From Octopus sinensis (taxonomy: Eukaryota): a stretch of 27,097 bases of DNA. Under the pieces are notes generated by a model. It saw nothing but the letters and a program-made list of their open reading frames with translations. It did not search any database and was not told where the DNA came from. The first letter of the stretch is position 1; the number at the start of each line of letters is the position of its first letter. The stretch covers positions 1 to 27,097 of the forward strand of contig NW_021834722.1 of assembly GCF_006345805.1 (NCBI RefSeq), written 5' to 3'. Below are positions 10,425-19,875 of this stretch, piece by piece. The position numbers and the translations under genes are program-made.

Positions 10425-11917
10425 TTTTACTCTTCGTGGCGGAAACTAAAAGTTTAAAACATATGAATCACATGCGCTCGTCGTGGTGGTGGCTAAAATA
10501 TTTAAACATATAAATCACTTGTAGTTGTGCTTTTCGTGGTGGGGACTAAAATATTAAAACATATAAATCACTTGTAGTTGTGCTCTTAGTGGTGGGGACT
10601 AAAACATTAAAACATATGAATCGAATCACTTATAGTTGTGCTGTTCGTGGTGGGGACTAAAATATTAAAATATATGAATCACTTGTAGTTGTGCTTTTCG
10701 TGGTGGGGACTAAAATATTAAAACATATAAATCACTTGTAGTTGTGCTCTTAGTGGTGGGGACTAAAACATTAAAACATATGAATCGAATCACTTATAGT
10801 TGTGCTGTTCGTGGTGGGGACTAAAATATTAAAATATATGAATCACTTGTAGTTGTGCTTTTCGTGGTGGGGACTAAAATATTAAAACATATAAATCACT
10901 TGTAGTTGTGCTCTTAGTGGTGGGGACTAAAACATTAAAACATATGAATCGAATCACTTATAGTTGTGCTGTTCGTGGTGGGGACTAAAATATTAAAATA
11001 TATGAATCACTTGTAGTTGTGCTTTTCGTGGTGGGGACTAAAACATTAAAACATATGAATCGAATCACTTGTAGTTGTGCTTTTCGTGGTGGGGACTAAA
11101 ATATTAAAAAATATATGAATCACTTGTAGTTGTGCTTTTCGTGGTGGGGACTAAAATATTAAAACATATAAATCACTTGTAGTTGTGCTCTTAGTGGTGG
11201 GGACTAAAACATTAAAACATATGAATCGAATCACTTATAGTTGTGCTGTTCGTGGGGGGACTAAAATATTAAAATATATGAATCACTTGTAGTTGTGCTT
11301 TTCGTGGTGGAGACTAAAATATTAAAACATATTAATCACGTGTAGTTGTGCTCTTCTTGGCGGGGACTAAAATATTAAAACATATTAATCACTTATAGTT
11401 GTGCTCTTCGTGGTGGGGACTAAAATATTAAAACATATTAATCACTTGTAGTTGTGCTTTTTGTGGTGGGGACTAAAATATTAAAACATATTAATCACTT
11501 GTAGTTGTGCTTTTTGTGGTTGGGACTAAAATATTAAAACATATTAATCACTTGTAGTTGTGCTCTTTGTGGTTGGGACTAAAATATTAAAACATATAAA
11601 TCACTTGTAGTTGTGCTCTTAGTGGTGGGGACTAAAACATTAAAACATATGATCGAATCACTTATAGTTGTGCTGTTCGTAATGGGGACTAAAATATTAA
11701 AATATATGAATCACTTGTAGTTGTGCTTTTCGTGGTGGGGACTAAATTATTAAAACATATAAATCACTTGTTGTTGTGCTCTTAGTGATGGTGACTAAAA
11801 CATTAAAACATATGAATCGAATCACTTATAGTTGTGCTGTTCGTGGTGGGGACTAAAATATTAAAATATATGAATCACTTGTAGTTGTTGCTTTTCGTGG
11901 TGGGGACTAAAATATTA
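10425..11917. repeat. Tandem satellite with 53-58-bp monomers and a 164-bp trimeric higher-order repeat
   Basis: Monomer ~AATCACTTGTAGTTGTGCTTTTCGTGGTGGGGACTAAAATATTAAAACATAT(A/G). The TTTTCG variant recurs at 10531, 10695, 10859 and 11023 (53+58+53 = 164). Roughly 27 monomers; the left edge is degenerate. Confidence 0.95.
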
Positions 11918-11923
11918 ATTGAT

Positions 11924-11992
11924 TTGGAAAATTCCACTTTGAACTTGGAAATCCCATATTGAATTTGGAAAACCCCACTTTGAACCTGGAAA
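11924..11992. repeat. ~21-bp tandem repeat, about 3.3 copies
   Basis: ttggaaaattccactttgaac / ttggaaatcccatattgaat / ttggaaaaccccactttgaac / ctggaaa. Confidence 0.6.
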
Positions 11993-12069
11993 GGTATAGA
12001 TATGACACTGTAATATATCTAAAACAAAAATTTTGTATTGTTTCGAAATTTATTGAATACAGGATATTA

Positions 12070-12696
12070 TGTCACAGCGCTACCGGTTACCGCGAGCGCT
12101 ACGGGTTACTGAATGCTCAAATTTAACATTTAAAGAATTTTTTATAAAAATTAAACCTAAATTTTTTTAGTTATTATATTAAAATTAATAAATATATAAT
12201 TTCAATATTTTTAAAAGGCGCAGCATTTGATAATTTTTAAATAGATAATTTACCATGCTTATTCTATAAAGTTTTCTTGTGCCTCGCTGTTTTGTCAAAA
12301 CTGTACAAGATATGATCATATAGTTAAAATATTGGAAGAGCAGGGGATCATTGGAATATCTAAACAAAAAAAATACAGATTAACTCGAAAGTCCAAGAAT
12401 TTTACTTTCATTACCGGGCGGCTATATCTTAAAGACTCACGTGGAAACCATAAAATAGTCATTTCTGCAGACAATCATGAGGAGATGCAATTAGTGGCTA
12501 CGCAATTCATCAAATACTGATGTGGACATAACACGTTGGAAGAGTTTTGTAATCAGAGATATTTTTTTGTTAAACGCGAAATCATCAGAAAGTAGTATCG
12601 TAATGTGTATGTCGATTTGCGACACACCACTAAAATAGTTGATCCTGAAAACTCGGGTAACCCGTAGCGCTCGGTAATACCCCAGCGCCTGTGACA
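12070..12696 (+). mobile_element. Non-autonomous Ginger2/Tdd-like DNA transposon with an integrase zinc-binding remnant
   Basis: Termini TGTCAC...GTGACA; ~40-bp imperfect TIRs sharing GAGCGCTACGGGTTAC / GTAACCCGTAGCGCTC; 5-bp TSD TATTA (12065-69 and 12697-701). The internal broken frame RKSKNFTFITGRLYLKD...CGHNTLEEFCNQRYFFVKREIIRK..C.C resembles an H2C2 integrase N-terminal region. Confidence 0.7.
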
Positions 12697-12719
12697 TATT
12701 ATTACTGTTAAAAGTAGTG

Positions 12720-14396
12720 TTAAGGTGCATTCCGAGATTTTAGATATATCATAGAATTAAGAGGACTTTGAACAACGGTTGAAATTCTATTCCAGGTATG
12801 ACATTTTTTTCTAAAAATATTTCATAATTTTGAATTAAGTAGGCTAGAGTTATTTTTATCTGTATATTCGCAAATTTTTCTCCACTGCATCTTCTTTGGC
12901 CATATCCAAATGGTATATATGAGCATACGCCCATTTTTTTGATATCATAGTTTAAAAACTATAAAGTCGAGATATCAATTTTTACCGATCAGGATCAAAC
13001 TCTGTCGGATTTTCCCAAACACTATTTAGATGGTGATTTGCAGAAGGAGATATACAGACATACGTCCCTTTGAGTATATCATACCCAAACATTTTCTGAC
13101 TTGTTAATGATTTACCAGAAAACCATATCGTTTTTACAACGCCGCGCAATAAGGGCAGCTGACGGTCTTAAACGTAATGTTTCTTTAAAACATCTATCGA
13201 GAAGGTCCATTTCTTTTAAATCATCATTAGTAAGATTTTTAAAATCTTTTCCACAGACACTAACTTGTTCTTCATAGAGCTTGTCCTAGTAATTAACTTC
13301 TAATCCATTAAACCTGAATTTTTTTATTATGAGCAATAAACAGTGTTAGCCAAGCGGCAGTAGAACAAGGGGTTTGTATTCCTGCTATAAACTGGCCTAT
13401 TATCAGAGCTCTAATAACTCTTTCCTCGACTTTACGCCCGTCACTAAGACAAATATTATCCTATGGTACTGATATTCAAAATCCAATAAAAATTGCAGCA
13501 TATCATTTCCTGATATTCCAAAAATGCGTCTCTTATGAATTTCTTCGATAAGCATAGCGTTCAGTTTTAACTGTGAATTGTATGCATCACTTTTTAATGA
13601 AGTGGACTCGAAATTACTTTTTTACTTTTAGAGGAAACCAAGAAGGAAGAATATAGACTAAAATTGAAAATACGTTGTTTATATCTGATATCCATTTCAT
13701 TCTGCTGTCAAAAACAATATTCCTTACATCGTTACCTTTTATATTAATAAAACCCTTAAACCACATAAACACTCGCATAACATCAAAGTAAAAAGTTCAA
13801 AAAATTCATAATGAATGTCTTGAATTTGAATATATGATTAAACCTGTAGAATTTGAAGGCTTGTCAAACTTTGACATAAAATTAATAACTTCAACAGAAA
13901 TTTTTGGAATGAATATATCCAAAAATTCTTCTTTAAATAAGAATAAAAAAAGTTGTTTGTGTTGTTGAAAAATCATAAATGAACCATTCCATCATACCTT
14001 TAATGTATCATTTTTTCCAAAAATAGGATTTATAAACTTATCATAAATTTCCTCTTCATTTAAATCGTTGTTTCCTTTGGAATAAAATAATTCAGTGGCT
14101 TGACTCCCAAGAAAGACCGTAATAATTTTTCCCATCATGTTGAAGCTCACAACTGGACCGTACTAAATGTTCAAAAATAGATGAGAACTACTTTTTCATA
14201 TGCTTTAACTAAAAAGGTCGTTATGTCGTTTTTAAAGTGCCATATATGACCAAAAAATGGAATCTTAGAAGGTATGAAAGGAGGTAAAGAAAGGTTCTTT
14301 TATTTAATACCAAAATACCTTTTTCGATTTGCTGTCATAAAAATAGCTGAATAAAACCAACGGAATCAATAAAATGGCTAAAAGAAGTTGAATCAT
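12720..14396 (-). pseudogene. CYP51: CYP51-clan cytochrome P450 (sterol 14-alpha-demethylase-like), ~471 aa, 10 introns of 22-29 nt; three single-base lesions as assembled
   Basis: N-terminal anchor MIQLLLAILLIPLVLF; PPFIPSKIPFFGH; AYEKYGPVVSF; DLNEEEIYDKFINPIFGK; LPSWFPL; I-helix AGIQTP; KETLRLRP; FDPDR; heme loop FGYGQRRCSGE. Lesions: an acceptor reading TG instead of AG at ~13974, a -1 at ~12955 and a -1 at ~12768. These could be consensus errors in a functional gene. Confidence 0.85.
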
Positions 14397-14452
14397 ACCG
14401 TATTCTCCATTTAAACTAGACGGTTTTTAATATATATTGAAATTGCGTAGCG

Positions 14453-15612
14453 CAGAGGTTTCCAAATGGGGAGGCGCGCCTCCCTAGGGAGGCGTTGACT
14501 CGTGTCAAGGGAGGCGCGAAAAGTATTTCAGAAACATTTTTTAGAAAATATATCTATGTAAAAAACGTGACTATATTCCGATAATAAGAGTTATTAATTT
14601 AAAAATTATATTTTTTCAAAAATTTATTTAATTTATAGACAATTAAATAATTTTAACACATGAATAAATTCTTGAGTGGTTGCAAAAGAAAATTCACGAA
14701 TAATAAAGATTTTGACGATGGTTCAAAAAATCAAAATGATTGGAATATAATCAATACCACTGATTAGAAGGGTGTTTGAACTCAAAGATCAGTTGCAGAT
14801 TTTTCTTGAGGAATGATATTGAAGATGCAAAGTTGTTCAGGATGATGACTTTATTGTCAAATTTGCCTATTTAGTTGACATTTTTGGAAATTGAGTATAT
14901 TGAATAAATCAATGCAGGGACCACAACTACATTTATTCTCTCAAAAGGACAAAAAGTAAAAGCATTTATGAAAAAAATTGGTGAATTGGAAATCAAATAT
15001 AAAAAAAAATATATGACACACAGTTCCCACTTAAACACCGTTTTGCGCCATAGTGAACATTGAAGCAAACAAGACATATTTGCTGAACATTTGGATTGTT
15101 TGTTGAAGCATTTTGCTCACTATTTTAAAGATCTCGACTGTAAAATGTTCGAATGGATACAGAATCCATTATTGATGAAGAAGATAATCAATTTGCATTG
15201 ACAACTTTTGAAAAAGAAAAATTGATAGAATTGTCATGCGATACATTATTGAAACAAAAATTTGAGAGAGAACCGCTAATTTCTTTTTGGTTGAATGTAA
15301 GAACGAATATGAAATTTTGTCGAATAAAGCAATGAAAGTTTTGTTGCCATTTGCTACTTCATATTTATGCGAAACTGGATTTTCTGCACTAGCTGCAATT
15401 AAATCTAAATATCGAACTCGTTTAGTAGTGACTATGAGCTAAGAGTAGCACTCTCTGCGATGACACCAAGATTTGAAAAACTTTGCGCCAAGATGGAAAA
15501 AAAATTATCTCATTAACTTTTTGTTTTAAAAAATTGTTTTTGATAAAATAATAATTGTATTATATTATGGAATATAAAGGGAGGCGCGTAAAAAAAAGCT
15601 TGGAAACCTCTG
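14453..15612 (+). mobile_element. hAT (Buster/Charlie-type) internally deleted DNA transposon
   Basis: 13-bp perfect TIR CAGAGGTTTCCAA; 8-bp TSD GCGTAGCG (14445-52 and 15613-20); subterminal GGGAGGCGCG motifs. Broken transposase C-terminus: [56 protein letters not shown]. Confidence 0.95.
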
Positions 15613-15854
15613 GCGTAGCGTATAAAAAATTCGATTTTCATAGAAATTTAAAGCGTAAATTTTTCGATTCGTCGACAAATGCAATCATTGGTTGGTTCGC
15701 AGTTATCATCCAGAGAAAGATGTTTTACTGTTTCATTATTATTAATAGCACTTTCACAGAACCAAAGAACGTTTTGTTAACTAAGGTCCTGTTTGTGCCA
15801 GCCACACAATTTTTTTTCAAGAACAAGAGAAAAAGTAACTTATTTATTCTAATT

Positions 15855-16876
15855 CGGAGGGATCGGAAGGATCGGCCTCCGTTCGCCTAAAGACCTGGCG
15901 CCGCATGCCCACTTCTCCTCAGTTTCCAGCAGCCGCCAACTTGTCAGAGAGGTTCTACTCCCATTCAACGAACTCTCTCTGGATTTACCGGCCGGCGACC
16001 TGCAAAAATTTTGGACCGCCGCCAACCTCACAATCCCTTCTGAGATGTCCAAACAGAGGGATTGGGACGAGATCTGGGCTGCACACTTCTTTTCAACGCT
16101 ACAGCCCCTACTGGACCAGCACCGCCTGGCGTGCTTGCTCTCCGCAGCACAAAAACACAGTGGCTCCTGGCTCGACGCATTCCCGTAGGCATCAATGGGC
16201 TCGCTTTTGGACGACGAGACCCTCCGGATTGGAGCTGCTCTCCGGTTGGGTCTTGACATCTGCACGCCCCATCGGTGCCGATGCGGTGGTGTGGTGGACG
16301 CGAGAGGTCTTCATCCCCTCTCGTGCCGCCGGAGCGCAGGCCGCTCGCCTCGTCATGGGGCTCTCAACGACGTCATCTCGCGAGCACTGAAAGCTGCCGG
16401 CTTCCCGAACGTACTGGAACCAGTCGGTCTGGACAGGGGGGACGGCAAGCGTCCGGACGGGATGACAACCTTCCCATTTAGGAAAGGTAAGTCCCTGGTT
16501 TGGGATGCAACGTGCGTCGACTCTTTTTCGGCGACAATGCTTTCCAGGACTGTCGCCAACCCGGGCTCCACCAGTGCGCAGGCTGAAGAGACAAAGAGGA
16601 AGAAATACCGATGTATTTCGGACGCTTTTAAGTTTGCCCCCCTCGATTTCGAAACCTCCGGAATTGTCGGAAAGGTCGCGACTCAACTCCTCACAGACAT
16701 TGGCAGGAAAATCTTTTCGAAAACATACGACCGGAGGGAGACGTTCCAGCGAATCTCGATCGCTGTGCTCCGCGGAAACTGCCACTCAATACGCAGCGCG
16801 GCATCGTTGAGCTGACCCTCAGGCTCTCGGCTATTCTCTCACCTACTTACTAGCATCTTTTCTTGTTTCTTTAAAC
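15855..16876 (+). mobile_element. 5'-truncated CRE-clade non-LTR retrotransposon (CCHC knuckle and restriction-like endonuclease only)
   Basis: ORF 16195-16815: CRCGGVVDARGLHPLSC, RH, KRPDG, WDATC, KRKKY, FETSG, QRISIAVLRGN. The upstream frame has QHSGSW-like remnants. 12-bp TSD TTTATTCTAATT (15843-54 and 16877-88). No clear poly(A). Confidence 0.92.
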
Positions 16877-17203
16877 TTTATTCTAATTAATCCGAAATGA
16901 GTGAGTTTTCTCTTTTCTTTGAGTTTTCTTTTCATTGACGTGCGGCTGAATAAGACTAGGAACCCCGTGACATCCCATCCGGAGTCCAACTTATATTTGG
17001 AATCCGCGTGTGATGAAATGTCTATGAGGGAGTCACTCGTCAAACCTGATCGGAGCTTCCGGCAAAGCCAGCCTCTGAGAATAGAACCCGGAACCAAGGA
17101 ATTCAGCAACGAATTCTCGACCGTTCTGCTACGTTTCATAGAAATTATTATTAATTCAGAAAATTACGTTTTTATTAAAAATTAATGATTAAATTAGTTA
17201 AAT

Positions 17204-17625
17204 TCAAAGCAACATTTGAGGAGGTACACTGTCAGCAAATGGCGGCTCTGCAAAATCTTTTTTCTTCTTTTTATACTCTTGTCTTATTAAATATGCTCGT
17301 TCAGTCTATTTTACCAAAACCAATCATCCTACCTGTTTTCTTCTATTCACGCATTCATTCATATCTTCTATATAAGAAGCACAAGCTGTTTTTATTTGAT
17401 TTTTCCCCACCTGGGCTGCACATTTAAAAAAATCTCTATGAAATTTATCGCAGGTTTTTCCAGCACGTGATTGTAAGAGAAATGAATATTTTGTATACGA
17501 GTTGTGAATTAACGGAAATGCCCCCAAAGGCCCTCCTAAAAAGTAAAAATTAATTTATTTAAATTTTGATATGATAATAATAAACCTTTTTCATCAAAAT
17601 AGCAATAAGGATCAAGCAGCTTCAT
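17204..17625 (-). CDS. NDUFS5: Complex I accessory subunit NDUFS5 (twin CX9C), ~114 aa, introns of 50 and 27 nt, intact
   Basis: MKLLDPYCYFDEKG|GPLGAFP...KTCDKFHRDFFKCAAQVGKNQIKTACASYIEDMNECVNRRKQ|TERAYLIRQEYKKKKKDFAEPPFADSVPPQMLL*. Twin CX9C spacing plus the KQ..R..IR...FAEPP tail matches invertebrate NDUFS5. 115 codons in frame. Confidence 0.85.
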
Positions 17626-17714
17626 TACACAACAAATATATTTGATTTTTAAAAAATTATTTTATATAATATTATTTTTGTTGTAAATTTTATAATACGA
17701 TAAACAAGTATTAC

Positions 17715-17955
17715 TCGAAAGCCTTGGAGCACCATCCGACGAAGGGAAGAACCGCGAAAAGTATGCTGATGTCGGGAATGGCAGAGTGTTTGTCCACCTG
17801 GCAGCCGAGACGTCTGGAATACAAGGGACCTCCACTCTTAGCCTGCTCCGACACATCGGGTCACTTATGGAAAGGGTTACCGGCGAATCATCTGAGCACC
17901 GGTATCTGGCCGAGCAAGTTTCTCTGGCTATAGTCAGAGGTAATGCCGCCAATCA
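17715..17955 (+). mobile_element. 3' fragment of a third, divergent CRE-like retrotransposon family
   Basis: Frame reads GKNREKYADVGNGRVFVHLAAETSGIQG...YLAEQVSLAIVRGNAA, the C-terminal half of a restriction-like endonuclease. It is clearly different in sequence from the other two families. Confidence 0.75.
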
Positions 17956-18093
17956 CCAAACGAATCAAACAACTACTACATTTTGAATTATGTTCCTATT
18001 CAATGGAATACCCAATTTGATATTGATTTGTGTTTACTTTTATAATGAAACAACAAAAAGTTAAATTTTGATAATCTCAGTGTTCATTTAAAG

Positions 18094-18552
18094 CAGCAGT
18101 TCTCAACCGTGGTCCCCATAAAATTTTTATTGATCCCCAGGAATTTTGAAAAATAAACCTTTCTTGACTTTATTTAAAGAATATAAGGAACTCAATTTTC
18201 ATTACTGCTAAGTGATCTTGCTGTAAATATTTGACAGTTTAATTTTTTTTGTTGATTAACTATTTGCATTTATAACATTTATTTCATTTACAAACAATTA
18301 TCCTTTTTATCGATAAATAATAAAGTTAGGTTAAATTTTTATCAAAAAAATCAGGATAGAATTCATTATACGAGTTAGTAGAAGAAGATATCAAAATTAA
18401 ACTAATTCTCGATTTCAAAATTTTAATAAATTACAAAGTACTCAATAAAAAAAATTAAGATAAATTCTTTTCCTGAGTTCACACTTATAAATATCTCGTC
18501 CCCAAAAAAATATTTTTAAAAATCTCACTTTTCAAATCACATTTATAGTTAA
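18094..18552 (+). mobile_element. Left end of a hAT/Charlie-type MITE, cut off by the Helitron arm
   Basis: Begins CAGCAGTTCTCAACC, resembling Charlie-type CAGTGGTTCTCAACC TIRs. No right TIR or TSD was found in the window. Confidence 0.45.
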
Positions 18553-19175
18553 CTAGCTCGGCAGCTCGCTTCGCTCACCGCGACCTAGCTCCTGCGGAGG
18601 GCCTGTTTCATCAAACAACTATAAGTTTATGTAGATGTATAAAACTACCTGGTTTAATGTAACCCTATTCTATCGCCTGTTGATAAACGATGTTTGTCGT
18701 CCGTCCTTCCTTGGCATATATGAATAAATTTTCTCTTCTGCCTACCCTCGAGCATCCCACATACAGCTGTCCATGTGAAAAGCACTCACTCTCTAAAAAT
18801 AACCCAACTACCTTTAATGACTGTCCCTGGGCCTTGTTTATTGTCATTGCACACTTTTTTTTCATTTTTTGTGGTTATTTTTTTTATATTTAATTTTTTC
18901 ATTTTTCCATTGTAATTTCCTTTTTTTTCTTTTTTTGTTTTTTACTGGCGGAATGGGGCAGGGGGAGATGCGGCAGGCAAGAAAGCGACACACAAAAAAG
19001 CGACACACAAAAAAAGATTTAATTAATTACCTTATTAAGCTGACCGTTTTTTTTCCTCAGCTTCGTTTTTCCTCCTTCGGTTATCTATTTAAAAAATTAT
19101 TTTTGAATAATAAAAAGTTTAAGAAAAGAGGCATACCGAAAATAAATTCTATCATTACGAAAAACTCAAGTAAAT
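18553..19175 (-). mobile_element. Helitron 3' arm (helicase C-terminus remnant, GC hairpin, CTAG end), inverted copy of 24510-25131
   Basis: AMTINKAQGQSLKVVGLFLESECFSHGQLYVGCSRV...NIVYQQAIE* (18665-~18853). The minus strand ends GAGCGAAGCGAGCTGCCGAGCTAG|T. Confidence 0.9.
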
Positions 19176-19255
19176 CTTAATAATAAAATGGTATGGTGTG
19201 TGTCTGTCTGTCTGTCTGTCTGTCTGTGTGTGCACACCAACTTCAAATTGGCAAT

Positions 19256-19875
19256 ACGATGTCCTCGACTTACATGATGAGGTCCTTAAAACCTTCCCCC
19301 TAAAAAAATTAAAAAAAAATTTTCTGCATTTTGGTTAAAATGAACAACTACAATGTCCTCGACTTACATGATGAAGTCCTTAAAACCTTCCCCCCCAAAC
19401 AAATTAAAAAAAAATTTTCTGCATTTTGGTTAAAATGAACAACTACAATGTCCTCGACTTACATGATGAAGTCCTTAAAACCTTCCCCCCCAAAAAAATA
19501 AAAAAAAATTTTCTGCATTTTGGTTAAAATGAACAACTACAATGTCCTCGACTTACATGATGAAGTCCTTAAAACTTCCCCCCAAACAAATTAAAAAAAA
19601 ATTTTCTGCATTTTGGTTAAAATGAACAACTACAATGTCCTCGACTTACATGATGAAGTCCTTAAAACCTTCCCCCCAAAAAAATTAAAAAAAAATTTTC
19701 TGCATTTTGGTTAAAATGAACAACTACATGTCCTCGACTTACATGATGAAGTCCTTAAAACCTTCCCCCCAAAAAAAATTAAAAAAAAATTTTCTGCATT
19801 TTGGTTAAAATGAACAACTACAATGTCCTCGACTTACATGATGAAGTCCTTAAAACCTTCCCCCCCAAACAAATT
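19256..19875. repeat. ~94-bp minisatellite, left part (about 6.5 units)
   Basis: Unit TTTTCTGCATTTTGGTTAAAATGAACAACTACAATGTCCTCGACTTACATGATGAAGTCCTTAAAACCTTCCCCCCAAAAAAATTAAAAAAAAA. CTGCATT starts at 19324, 19419 and 19513. Variation is mainly in homopolymer runs. Confidence 0.95.

Noticed and set aside
10425-11917. CRISPR array interpretation of the 53-bp repeats
   Set aside because: Pure tandem monomers with a periodic variant pattern and no spacers.
14300-14330. Apparent frameshift at the first CYP51 intron
   Set aside because: Re-reading from ATG 14396 (SYFYDSKSKK|NLSLPP) gives a correct phase-0 junction.
15849-16810. Overlapping long ORFs on both strands as separate genes
   Set aside because: These are shadow frames of GC-rich retrotransposon sequence; only the frame with REL motifs is supported. 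The same applies to 20115-22776.
17008-17080. C/D-box snoRNA
   Set aside because: The boxes are present but the spacing is short and I found no convincing terminal stem or rRNA-complementary guide; kept only as an unexplained island.
17060-17125. Aquaporin-like REFVAEFLG on the minus strand
   Set aside because: No hydrophobic helix or NPA motif follows and stops flank it.
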